Position numbers and translations under genes: made by a program | Origin: Thermodesulfobacteriota bacterium | GTDB taxonomy: Bacteria > Desulfobacterota_D > UBA1144 > Nemesobacterales > Nemesobacteraceae | Reading direction: 5' to 3' | Length of the DNA stretch: 64,000 nucleotides | Assembly (NCBI GenBank): GCA_965116075.1 | Contig: OZ220467.1 | Span: 1,857,067-1,921,066, forward strand | Part shown: piece after piece, positions 1 through 12,350 of the stretch | Position numbering within the stretch: position 1 is the stretch's first letter | Layout: every line of letters begins with the position of its first letter | The notes under the pieces: generated by a model | What the model was told of the DNA's origin: nothing | What the model saw: only the letters and a program-made list of their open reading frames with translations | Database searches by the model: none

Positions 1-2
1 CG

Positions 3-281
3 ATGGTGTCGAAAACAGAGAATGGGATTTTACTGAGACTAAACGATAAGACAGAAGAAAAACTTGATTTTTCAACTCTCCACATAGCGAATGAGAATAT
101 TCCTTACGCAAATGTGAAAAACGGGAAATTCACAGCGCGGCTACTTCGCTCAGCCTACTACGAGCTTATGAAATACGCGGGGGTAAATAAAAAGGGAGTT
201 TATTTTGAGGTTAGAGGGGAAAAACACTACATAGAAATTTCTGAGGGAATAGACAGATTTAAAGACGACGTAGAACCATAA
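3..281 (+). CDS. hypothetical small protein (92 aa)
   Basis: ORF only; no recognisable motif. Confidence 0.25.
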   Translation: MVSKTENGILLRLNDKTEEKLDFSTLHIANENIPYANVKNGKFTARLLRSAYYELMKYAGVNKKGVYFEVRGEKHYIEISEGIDRFKDDVEP

Positions 282-534
282 CCAACAACTAAAAAGGGTT
301 ATTCCAGAAAGTCATCACTAGTTTTTTGCTAACTACGTTACGCAAAGTTAGTTGAACCTGCTTTTTCTCTTCTCATACAGATTCTCCTTAAATCTTATAA
401 AGACTCGTGATCAATACCGTGATCACTAGAGATATTCTATATGTTCTCAATAATATAGAAACAGCATCTGCTTTCTCTGATCTGAGAAGTATAGACATTA
501 CCGTAAGAGCACTTTGAGATTTTGAAAAAAAAAC

Positions 535-1734
535 CTACGCAGAAACTTCAGAGTCAAGACAAAAAGCGCCAGTCACCCTCGCTATAAGCTCATCGGTAAA
601 TATTTTCCCCTTATTTGTAACTCTAATATAACCTCCTTTGGTGAGAATAAACCCATCTGACTCAAGATAACCTAAAACGTTTCGGTCGAGTTGACAGCCA
701 AAACGTTTAACTACTTCGCATAGGTCTAGTCCACGAAAAAGACGAAGCCCCATCAAAAGCATGTCTTCTAGAGATTCTTGACGGGAAAGATCCCTAGAAA
801 GTGAGACGGCACTACCTCTGTTTTCTATGTATTTCATATAAAGTTCTGGATTTTTTGTGTTTGACCACCTTCTACCCCACTGCGCAAGTCCTCGCATATG
901 AGAGTGTGCTCCAGCGCCTATGCCAAGATAATCATGACAGTTCCAGTAAATCAAATTGTGTCTGCACTCATAACCGGGTAGCGCGAAATTTGATATTTCA
1001 TAATTTAAGTAGTTCGCTCGTTCAAGGATATTCCGCGCGGTTTTCATGTACTCTGCAAGAACCGAATCATCAGGAAGTCGAAGTTTCCCCATACGGTAAA
1101 GCGTGGCAAATTCAGTGCCAGGCTCAATTGTAAGACAGTAAGCTGATATATGAGTTGGAGAAAAACCAAGCGCTACGCGCAGGTCGTTCTCAAGTTCCTG
1201 TGGGGTCTCTCCTAGACTCCCGTATATAAGGTCAAGATTGAAGTTAGAAAATCCCGCATCGCACACATCAGAGATCGCACGCATGCAGTCATCTGGAGAG
1301 GCGAACCTTCGGTAAAAATCAAGCTTTCTTTCAGAAAAAGACTGTATGCCGACGCTTATCCTATTAACCCCCGCTACAGCAAATTCACGCAGACGGCTAA
1401 CATCCACAGTCCTAGGGTTTACCTCAAGCGTAACTTCGGCTGTGGGTAAAACAGAAGCCAACGATCCAAGAAATTCCATAACAGAATCTATGGATCGGGG
1501 ATCAAAAAGCGACGGAGTTCCTCCACCGAAAAACACAGTGCTTATCTCTTTTCCCTCAAGCACCTCGCTCCAACTCTCAATTTCTTTGAGCAAGGCATCT
1601 ATGTAGCGCTGTTCTGGAAAATTGCCATCGGTTCCATAAGAGTTAAAATCACAATAAGGACACTTGGTAAGACAGTATGGTATGTGGACATAAATACCAA
1701 GAGGCGGGTAGTTTTTATATGCGTTCCGATTCAT
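535..1734 (-). CDS. hemW: radical SAM family heme chaperone HemW / oxygen-independent coproporphyrinogen III oxidase-like
   Basis: CLTKCPYC radical-SAM cysteine triad near the N-terminus, FGGGTPS motif, 399 aa (HemW size rather than HemN). Confidence 0.8.
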   Translation of the reverse strand: MNRNAYKNYPPLGIYVHIPYCLTKCPYCDFNSYGTDGNFPEQRYIDALLKEIESWSEVLEGKEISTVFFGGGTPSLFDPRSIDSVMEFLGSLASVLPTAEVTLEVNPRTVDVSRLREFAVAGVNRISVGIQSFSERKLDFYRRFASPDDCMRAISDVCDAGFSNFNLDLIYGSLGETPQELENDLRVALGFSPTHISAYCLTIEPGTEFATLYRMGKLRLPDDSVLAEYMKTARNILERANYLNYEISNFALPGYECRHNLIYWNCHDYLGIGAGAHSHMRGLAQWGRRWSNTKNPELYMKYIENRGSAVSLSRDLSRQESLEDMLLMGLRLFRGLDLCEVVKRFGCQLDRNVLGYLESDGFILTKGGYIRVTNKGKIFTDELIARVTGAFCLDSEVSA

Positions 1735-1768
1735 TCCAATCCAAAAGACAGACAGTGGTCGTTAAGTA

Positions 1769-2995
1769 ATGAGTATACCGAGAAAACTTCTCTTTTTTAC
1801 GGTTGCGTTTCTACTTCCGGTCCAAGTTTTACGAGCGCAACAGACGGTCGACATTGAGCAGGCGGTGCAGGCGGCGCTTCGCAACAACCCTAGTTTGCGG
1901 ATGTCTCGTCTTGATGTTGATATATCGAAATCAATACTCAGAGAGACAAAAGCGCCTCTTTACCCTCAAGTGCGGGGAAAGATGGTGGTACCATTTGTGG
2001 GAAGAGAATCTGGATTCTACGTTGATCAGATGATATGGGATTTCGGAAGAACCAGATCCAACGTAAAGTCACAGGAACATTACCTCAAGTCCTCTGAACA
2101 CTCGCTTGAAGGAGCAAAAAGACTACTCGAAAGAGATGTACGTATAGCATATTATCAAGCGCTTTCAGAAGAAAATCGGCTTGTAGAAGCACGAACTCAA
2201 GTAAAGCGAAAAAAATGGATTCTTGAAAAAACACAAGAACTTTTCTCTGCAGGAAGCCGATCTCCATCTCAACTTAGTCAGGCGAGAATTGATCTGCAGA
2301 ACGCAAAACTTGAACTTGCTTCAAGAGAAAACTCATACCAACTCACCACGCTCAACCTACGCAATCTGATGAATGATCCCAATCTCAGACAGTTCAAGTT
2401 GTCAGAACAACTTGATTATGAAAAACTTATAGAAACACGAGAAAATCTTATAAGTTCCGCCCTTGTGGAAAACACTGATATAAAAAGTTTAGTCGCGAAT
2501 CAGGCAGGAATAAAAGCCGAGATTTCGGGAAGTAAAAGAGAGTTTTTTCCATCCGTATTCGGTAGAGCCGCATACAGATTTGAAGGTGAAGGGGCGGAAA
2601 CACCCGCGTTTATAGCAGGCGTGGGAGTGAAAATTCCCATTTTTGAAGGATTTTCACGACCTGCGAGAATAAACCGAGCTAAAGCCGACCTCGAAAAAAA
2701 CAAAGCCCAGATAGAATTGTTCAAAAACAAGATAACTTTTGAGGTAGAACGGCTCTATCTTCATCTCAAACACATTGAGAAAAAAACCGATATATTCGCA
2801 GAATCAAAATCAGTGTCACAAAGCAACCTGAGCATCGCTCAACAAAGGTACGATGCAAAAACCATTTCCCAAATAGATCTAGCTCAAGCGCAGGCCCTTT
2901 ACGAAAAGTCAGTCGCAGACTACAAAAACTCCATATATGATTATAAAATAGCAAAGTTGAAGTTGCTTTTTCTCTGCAACATGAATACGCCATGA
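1769..2995 (+). CDS. TolC-family outer membrane efflux protein
   Basis: Signal peptide. Two-repeat coiled-coil-rich architecture (LRNNPSL..., repeated Q/E/L-rich segments), ~408 aa. First gene of the efflux set. Confidence 0.75.
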   Translation: MSIPRKLLFFTVAFLLPVQVLRAQQTVDIEQAVQAALRNNPSLRMSRLDVDISKSILRETKAPLYPQVRGKMVVPFVGRESGFYVDQMIWDFGRTRSNVKSQEHYLKSSEHSLEGAKRLLERDVRIAYYQALSEENRLVEARTQVKRKKWILEKTQELFSAGSRSPSQLSQARIDLQNAKLELASRENSYQLTTLNLRNLMNDPNLRQFKLSEQLDYEKLIETRENLISSALVENTDIKSLVANQAGIKAEISGSKREFFPSVFGRAAYRFEGEGAETPAFIAGVGVKIPIFEGFSRPARINRAKADLEKNKAQIELFKNKITFEVERLYLHLKHIEKKTDIFAESKSVSQSNLSIAQQRYDAKTISQIDLAQAQALYEKSVADYKNSIYDYKIAKLKLLFLCNMNTP

Positions 2996-4140
2996 TAAAA
3001 AGACCCATTCCAAAAAAAGTTTTCTACGTTGCCACCGTAGTAGTTGTGGTAGCGCTTGTTGTCCTGCTTAACGGACGAGAAGACCAAACTATAAGTTATG
3101 TGACAGAAAATATAGAAAGAGGTGATATAACTTCTGTTGTAAGAGCTTCGGGGACACTCAACCCCACAAAAGAAGCGAAGATATACCCAAGTACAGTTGG
3201 AACAGTAATAGAGATTAAAGCAGAAGCTGATTCTGTGGTAAAAAAGGGACAGGTTCTCGCCGTACTTTCAGAAGCTGAAGAACTTTCGGCAAACCTCGCA
3301 CATTTCCAAGAAATGCTTGAAAAAGCTGAGACAGATTTTGATATCTCAAACGCATCGTACGAGGCAAATAAAAAACTTTTCAAGAAAGGGCTTATTTCTC
3401 ATGAAGAACTAAGTGAATCTTTTTCTCATCTGAATCTCACTTCAGCAGTGCTTGAAAAGGCCCGAGCCGAGGTAGTAGCCGCTCAGAAAGAACTTTCCGC
3501 AACGAAAATCGTATCTATACTCGACGGAGTGGTACTTGAAAAGAACATCATAGCGGGAGAAAGGATAACTCCCAGTAGTACGGTTCCTCTCTACACACTT
3601 GCTGAAAACCCCACAACGCTCCATCTTGTCTCAAATGTAAGCGAATCTGATATAGGGAAAATAAAAAAAGATAAGCAGGCGATTTTTAGCGTCGACGCGT
3701 TCACTGAGGAAGAGTTCGCCGCGCGCGTGGTACAGATATCGAATTCTCCTAATATAAGAAACGACGTCGTAACCTATGACGTAATCTGTCTTGTGAAAAA
3801 TCCAGAACTCAAGTTAAAACTGGGCATGACCGCGGAGGTCAAAATCGTTATCTCTGAAAAGAAAGACGTCCTACGAATACCCACTGCCGCTTTACGGTTC
3901 ATGCCTCCCAAAGGCGCAATTTCACAGGACGCGCAACAGAACTCGGACAAAAACGTGTGGGTTCTGCACAATGAGAAACTCATCCCTATTAGGGTAGAGA
4001 CAGGTGTAAGCGATGATTTCCATACGGAAGTTATAGGTGGTGAACTTTCCGAGGGAGCCGCAGTGGTGGTTGAATATAAATCATCTAACTCTGACAGGAG
4101 CGAACCGGGATTTGCTCTCCCTCAGCCGAAAAGATTCTGA
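2992..4140 (+). CDS. efflux transporter periplasmic adaptor subunit (HlyD/MacA family membrane fusion protein)
   Basis: N-terminal TM anchor and coiled-coil hairpin; overlaps the upstream OMP stop and the downstream ABC start (translational coupling). Confidence 0.75.
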   Translation: MIKRPIPKKVFYVATVVVVVALVVLLNGREDQTISYVTENIERGDITSVVRASGTLNPTKEAKIYPSTVGTVIEIKAEADSVVKKGQVLAVLSEAEELSANLAHFQEMLEKAETDFDISNASYEANKKLFKKGLISHEELSESFSHLNLTSAVLEKARAEVVAAQKELSATKIVSILDGVVLEKNIIAGERITPSSTVPLYTLAENPTTLHLVSNVSESDIGKIKKDKQAIFSVDAFTEEEFAARVVQISNSPNIRNDVVTYDVICLVKNPELKLKLGMTAEVKIVISEKKDVLRIPTAALRFMPPKGAISQDAQQNSDKNVWVLHNEKLIPIRVETGVSDDFHTEVIGGELSEGAAVVVEYKSSNSDRSEPGFALPQPKRF

Positions 4141-4862
4141 TGAGTTCTGTGGTAATAAATCTCCGCGGAATCAGAAAAACCTACTCAAATGGGAAGGTAG
4201 ATGTTGAAGCGCTTCGCGGCATAAATCTTGAGGTCCGAAAGGGAGAGTTTGTGGCGGTAATGGGGTCTTCAGGTTCGGGTAAAAGTACGCTTATGAACAT
4301 CTTGGGATGTCTTGACGTACAGAGCCAAGGAACATATCTACTTGATGGAATTGACGTAAATAGCCTCAAAAGCGACCAAAAGGCAGAGATAAGAAGCGCA
4401 AAGATAGGGTTTGTGTTTCAGAGTTTTAACCTGCTTGCGAGAACAACGGCGATTGAAAACGTAGAACTTCCGCTTGTATACTGCGGAATCAAGGCTCGAA
4501 AGAGAAGAGAACTGGCTTTAAGTGCGCTTACACTGGTGGGGCTTGACGATAGAATTGACCATATGCCAAGCCAACTCTCAGGAGGGCAACAACAAAGAGT
4601 AGCAATAGCAAGATCTGTCGTGAATGACCCGACAATAATACTCGCAGATGAGCCGACGGGTAATCTTGATACAGCAACTAGTTACGAGATAATGAAGATA
4701 TTTACGGATCTAAATGATCAGGGAAAAACTATTATCATGATAACCCACGAAGACGATATCGCCTCCCGCTCAAAAAGAGTAATAAAGATAAAAGATGGGC
4801 AAATTTCCGAGGACAAAGAAAATCAGCGAACAAAAACAGATGGACTTAGTTCTACTCAATAA
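4140..4862 (+). CDS. ABC transporter ATP-binding protein (MacB/LolD-type ATPase, no fused permease)
   Basis: Walker [10 protein letters not shown], signature [14 protein letters not shown], Walker [13 protein letters not shown]. 240 aa, ATPase domain only. Confidence 0.85.
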   Translation: MSSVVINLRGIRKTYSNGKVDVEALRGINLEVRKGEFVAVMGSSGSGKSTLMNILGCLDVQSQGTYLLDGIDVNSLKSDQKAEIRSAKIGFVFQSFNLLARTTAIENVELPLVYCGIKARKRRELALSALTLVGLDDRIDHMPSQLSGGQQQRVAIARSVVNDPTIILADEPTGNLDTATSYEIMKIFTDLNDQGKTIIMITHEDDIASRSKRVIKIKDGQISEDKENQRTKTDGLSSTQ

Positions 4863-5099
4863 ATGCAAAAAAACTGTCCTACAGACCAGATGTCAGCGGC
4901 ATTTTAACTGTGCGGTTTTTAGGTCTTGAGGAAAGATGAAGGAATTTGTATTTCTCGCAAATCGCGAAGTGATTTTTTTGGTTTCATTGGAAATAAGTTG
5001 TCTATAAAACACTGACAGAAAGTAACACTGTGCCAACCTAAGTGGTGCCCGTAGTGGGAGCGCGCGTGTTTGATTGACCTGTTTTTCATGGTAATTTGA

Positions 5100-7831
<2,732 letters not shown>

Positions 7832-7835
7832 GATT

Positions 7836-8462
7836 ATGGAGAAACTTAAAAAAATATCAGGGAAGGTAGCGCCGCTTGACAGAATGAATGTTGATACAGA
7901 TCAAATAATTCCTAAACAATTTCTAAAACGCGTAGAGAGAACTGGGTTTGGAGAATTTTTATTTTTTGACTGGAGATACAACGACAACGGGACTCCCAAC
8001 GAGGAATTTGTCCTCAACATACCAAGATATAAGGGCGCGACTATTTTGCTCACTAGGGAAAATTTTGGAAGCGGAAGTTCAAGAGAACATGCCCCATGGG
8101 CCATAAGGGAGGCCGGATTCCGGGTAATTCTCGCTCCTTCATTTGCCGATATTTTCTACAACAACTGTTTTAAAAACTCTATACTCCCTGTGGTTCTTCC
8201 AGCAGAGGAAATTGATAATTTGTTTTATCTGACAGAAAAAACAGAAGGCTACAGTTTGGAAGTTGATCTGATTTTAAAATCTATAAAAGGAGAAGGAATA
8301 GACCTTAGCTTTGATATAGACGACTTCAAAAGAAAAGTACTTCTAGAGGGGCTTGACGATATATCGCAGACCTTCGAACTTGAAAAAAGTATAGAAAACT
8401 ACGAAAAACTTTTTGAAGACGAGAGAAGTTGGATTCTACCACATAACCAAAAAAGCGCCTGA
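7836..8462 (+). CDS. leuD: 3-isopropylmalate dehydratase small subunit
   Basis: VDTDQIIPKQFLK and NFGSGSSREHAPWA motifs typical of LeuD; directly follows leuC. Confidence 0.9.
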   Translation: MEKLKKISGKVAPLDRMNVDTDQIIPKQFLKRVERTGFGEFLFFDWRYNDNGTPNEEFVLNIPRYKGATILLTRENFGSGSSREHAPWAIREAGFRVILAPSFADIFYNNCFKNSILPVVLPAEEIDNLFYLTEKTEGYSLEVDLILKSIKGEGIDLSFDIDDFKRKVLLEGLDDISQTFELEKSIENYEKLFEDERSWILPHNQKSA

Positions 8463-8473
8463 GTTTTCACTTT

Positions 8474-8680
8474 TTACCTTCCCCCTGAAAAAAATCGGAC
8501 CACCAGCGTGATTACGATGCTTATAATCAGACATGTTGCGAGGGGAAAGTAAAAACTCCAGTTCTCTCTCTTTACCGACACGTCCCCAGGAAGTTTTCCA
8601 AGGTAAGGAATAGCTACTCCGAGAAATATCAGCACTACCCCAGAGATGACAAGAATTCTTGTTACTTCTCCCCATTTCAT
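8474..8680 (-). CDS. DUF2905-family small membrane protein (68 aa; internal Met start of the longer ORF)
   Basis: MKWGEVTRILVISGVVLIFLGVAIPYLGKLPGDVSVKRENWSFYFPLATCLIISIVITLVVRFF matches the DUF2905 pattern (two TM helices plus GKLPGD). Confidence 0.55.
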   Translation of the reverse strand: MKWGEVTRILVISGVVLIFLGVAIPYLGKLPGDVSVKRENWSFYFPLATCLIISIVITLVVRFFSGGR

Positions 8681-8755
8681 AGGACAAAGAATAACCGCAA
8701 AGAAGTAGCGTATAAATCCTAAGCATCCAAAAGAAGCTACATCTCTTGAAAATGA

Positions 8756-9055
8756 GTGGAAAGTGCTGACTTCTACCAACTCAATTCGCACCGTTGGAAC
8801 AATTTTAACCCTGTAGCTCTCTACTCGGAAACAATTGACGATATTCAAACGCTTTTCGTTCTTGATGCGTATCACTCGGAAGTCTTTACTTACGACCTGA
8901 CTACTGACGACCGTGCTGGCGGTAGCTTCAGAATAGACAGTGTGGAAACAAGCGGGCATCAACGCTTTAGCGGTGTTACCTTAACCGCCGATGAAGACTA
9001 CTTCTATGTTTCTCATATCCAAAAAACGAGGCATTTGCGCTGTAGCGATTCTTGA
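8756..9055 (+). CDS. hypothetical ORF ending exactly at the MITE terminal repeat (possibly a truncated remnant)
   Basis: ORF only; its stop lies inside the MITE left TIR. Confidence 0.2.
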   Translation: MESADFYQLNSHRWNNFNPVALYSETIDDIQTLFVLDAYHSEVFTYDLTTDDRAGGSFRIDSVETSGHQRFSGVTLTADEDYFYVSHIQKTRHLRCSDS

Positions 9056-9501
9056 TGCAGGTTTCCTTTGATGATTGTGGAACCACTATGGGTTTATTTC
9101 TTTTGTAGATGGTGAATTTGTTATTAACTTGAGGTATTTACACTACAACGATTTTTGGGGCTATTTCCTTGAGGATGACCAGAAACAACATTAACTTGCT
9201 CTTATAGCAGAGGAGAAGATTCTGCTAGCAAATTATAATTTCAACCTATGAAGATACCTTTACAGTGACATTAAAAAATAAATAATATCATCAGGTTATT
9301 TGTTTTTTGGAGAATTTTTACAGAGGTTATATCAACCGATTTTAGTGTGGGGTGAAATTTCTGGGTTTTGGCTTACATTAGCCGATTTTAGGGCTTTTTG
9401 GGGGCTTTTTGCGGGGATTTCTGGGGTGAAAAGTTTTTTACCCCCCCCCCCCTCTAAAAATCCTTGATATGCATACATTTTTTGAACAGCGCAAATGCCT
9501 C
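9028..9501. mobile_element. MITE-like non-autonomous element (~474 bp) carrying both TIRs of the IS at 46583-48567
   Basis: Left end GAGGCATTTGCGCTGT (9028-9043); right end ACAGCGCAAATGCCTC (9486-9501), a perfect 16-bp inverted repeat. Interior 9300-9480 matches the IS right-end sequence (gtgaaattt..ggcttacattagccgattttaggg). Confidence 0.6.
9441..9452. repeat. homopolymeric C12 tract inside the MITE right-end module
   Basis: Twelve consecutive C. The master IS copy has only CCCC plus an interruption at the equivalent position (48508). Confidence 0.9.
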
Positions 9502-10220
9502 TTAACTGGTATGAAGAAAGGGGGAAAAGGCGGTGGTTTTACGGTGCCACCGCCCCAACTTACTAGGAAGAACGATTTATGAAATTAGCAATGATTAGTG
9601 ATGCGCTTTATAGTAGCCGAATAGGCGAGTATATCAAAAACGGAAACAATTTTATTTAATATCAATGCCACGCCTGCCCGTGTAGTTATCCCAAGCGTGT
9701 TCTACTATCTCATCTCGTTTCTTTGCGTAAGTGTCAGCAATATCCAACCAAAGCGCCAGCCCAGAATCGGGATCCTCATCAAATAGATAATTCTCAAGTT
9801 TTAGTTTGTCGGCTTCTTCTGGAGATACCACCTCAGCTAGCTATCAACCCGGGTATCTCACCAATAACAGTTGAGTTGGACAGTATTTTGTGATATAGTT
9901 TAGTTATCACAATGGCTTAAATAGCCTTATAACCCAAAAAGGAGAAATAATCCCGCCAGATACAAGTTAACTTCTCCTCGGATTTATTTCTTCATGTTCT
10001 AAAAAGCATGTATGTTGGTAACTTGCGGCAACAAATCATCTTCACGCACAGCGTGTTCACCTTGATACAAAACTTCACCAACCAAATCCTACAGGGGCTT
10101 TACTCCTGAACACCTAGTAAGCAGATAACTACAACATATGGAATTTAAGCAAACCACGGAAACAAAAAGGTGTTATAATAAGATTATCAGGGGTTTAAAA
10201 ACACAAGAGAAAGAGAGAAA

Positions 10221-11630
10221 ATGAAAGGAATCAGCCTAACGCAGATACTTGATCCGACACCTAGTCAGAAATTCATATTGACTCAACATCTCAAACTTTT
10301 TCTGAATCTGGTGCAGATGACCACAGTTGAACTCAGGGAATATATAGAAGAACAACTCATAGAGAACCCAGCACTTGAAGAAGATTTAGCATCTGAATCA
10401 GTTAACGAAGAAGATATCATAGAGCAGCTTCTCGCAAACTTACCCGATAATGGACGGCATGATTATCTGAATTCAGAAGAATTCACCAACGCAGCCTTAT
10501 ACGATGAACCTACATGGGAAGAGAAAGTCGGCCAAAGAAACTCTCTTTTTGAATACTTACACTGGCAACTTTCGATGACGGATATGAGTAATCAAGAAAA
10601 GGAAATAGCCTCGCTTATTATCGGAAACACAAACGAAGACGGCTATCTTGAAACCGAGTTTGAGGAAATAGTGGAAATGCTCTCTCCAAAACGGAATGAA
10701 TCTGTTCAAAAGGTAGCTGAGATAGCAAAAAGAATAAGAACTACTTTTGATCCTGTGGGAGTCTGCTCTAGAACGCTTTCTGAGTGTCTCTGCACTCAGG
10801 CTCTTGATCTCGGCTATGAAAGAAAAAGTCCATTTGTGCAGATACTTAAAAATCATATTGATGATTTGGGTCGAAAAGACTATGCAAAGATATGCAAAGA
10901 ATGCGGTATTGACGCAGAGCAAATGACTGAAATTGAAGCCATGGTGACTTCTCTTGAACCCATGCCGGGACGACCATTTTTCACCGAAGCCATGACGCAA
11001 ACCATAGTTCCCGATTTTTACGTGTACAAGGTTGGAGACCAATTCCAAACGCAGTCAAACAGGAGTTTTCCAAAACTTAGGGTGAGTTCCTACTGCAGAA
11101 AATTTTTCAAAGACCGAGCAAACCTAAACAAAGAAACTACAAATTATCTGCGGGAAAAGATTGAGGCGGCGCAGAGAATCATCCAGTGCATTGAGGAAAG
11201 AGAGGAGACTGTACATAAGGTAATTGAAAAAATCGTGGACGAGCAGACGGAATTTTTTAACCATGGAAGTGCCTACATAAACCCTCTGAGGCTCAAGGAT
11301 GTGGCGGACGCATTAGGAATACACGAATCCACCGTAAGCCGTATAACTAGTAGAAAATATATACAGTGCCCTCAAGGGGTGATAGAACTCAAAAAGCTTT
11401 TTTCAAGATCAGTACGCTCTTCCAACGGTAAAAAGTTCTCTCTTGAAAGGGTAAAATTAATGATCAAGGAAATAGTTAACGAGGAACCGAAGCACTGTAC
11501 TTTTTCCGATGAAGACATATCCAAAATACTTCTAATGAAAAATGTGAAAGTCGCGAGAAGAACAGTGGCCAAATATAGAAAACAACTTGGAATACCTAGT
11601 TCATCAAAAAGACTCTCAAAGGAGGTTTAA
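10221..11630 (+). CDS. rpoN: RNA polymerase sigma-54 factor
   Basis: Gln/Leu-rich region I and C-terminal RpoN box ARRTVAKYR; 469 aa. Confidence 0.9.
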   Translation: MKGISLTQILDPTPSQKFILTQHLKLFLNLVQMTTVELREYIEEQLIENPALEEDLASESVNEEDIIEQLLANLPDNGRHDYLNSEEFTNAALYDEPTWEEKVGQRNSLFEYLHWQLSMTDMSNQEKEIASLIIGNTNEDGYLETEFEEIVEMLSPKRNESVQKVAEIAKRIRTTFDPVGVCSRTLSECLCTQALDLGYERKSPFVQILKNHIDDLGRKDYAKICKECGIDAEQMTEIEAMVTSLEPMPGRPFFTEAMTQTIVPDFYVYKVGDQFQTQSNRSFPKLRVSSYCRKFFKDRANLNKETTNYLREKIEAAQRIIQCIEEREETVHKVIEKIVDEQTEFFNHGSAYINPLRLKDVADALGIHESTVSRITSRKYIQCPQGVIELKKLFSRSVRSSNGKKFSLERVKLMIKEIVNEEPKHCTFSDEDISKILLMKNVKVARRTVAKYRKQLGIPSSSKRLSKEV

Positions 11631-11633
11631 CCC

Positions 11634-12176
11634 ATGAAGACTAATATTATCATCAAAAATATTTCTGACAGAAAAAAACGAGAGCATCTAAGGCGCTATA
11701 CGATGAAAAAAATTCATAAGATCCAAAGGTACATAGATCCTGAAAGAAACCCTTCGGAAGCGAAAATAATTCTTGCGGCAGAGAAACTTAGAAAAACCGC
11801 AGAGATAGCCGTCAACTCAGGACCACTCAAAGCGGTGGCATCTGTGGAAACCGATGAGATGCATTCAGCCATAGACAAACTTTTTGACACTATCGTAAAA
11901 CAGTTAAGAAGAAGAACAGACAAGCAGATATCTCTTCGAAGAAGAAGCCTAGTAAAAACTCCTTCTGCTACACATTCAGAAAGGAAAAGAAGAGGAAACA
12001 GCCTGACAATTGACCATGAGTTTCTCAATACAAAGCCTATGAGCGTGGCTGAGGCGTTATTACAGCTTGACACATCGGAGCAGGACTTTGTTGCTTTTAG
12101 AAATAGCGAAACACTTGAGATGAACGTGGTCTACAAAAAGGCTGACTCGAAAAAAGCAGGATTAGTGACTCCCTAA
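11634..12176 (+). CDS. hpf: ribosome hibernation promoting factor, long form
   Basis: Immediately downstream of rpoN; C-terminal domain KPMSVAEALLQLDTSEQDFVAFRNSETLEMNVVYKK is typical of long HPF. Confidence 0.8.
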   Translation: MKTNIIIKNISDRKKREHLRRYTMKKIHKIQRYIDPERNPSEAKIILAAEKLRKTAEIAVNSGPLKAVASVETDEMHSAIDKLFDTIVKQLRRRTDKQISLRRRSLVKTPSATHSERKRRGNSLTIDHEFLNTKPMSVAEALLQLDTSEQDFVAFRNSETLEMNVVYKKADSKKAGLVTP

Positions 12177-12350
12177 AGAAGAAAAAAGCTTGCAAAGCGC
12201 ATAGGGAAAGTTTGATGTCTCTTGTCTTGCCTATATGACAAGATGACCATATGAACTGCGGGAACTGAACGAAACATTGCGCAAATCAAACGCAGTTGAC
12301 TCAGGAGGAAGGGGCATACAAACATCAGGAAGACATCTGAGATTTACAAC

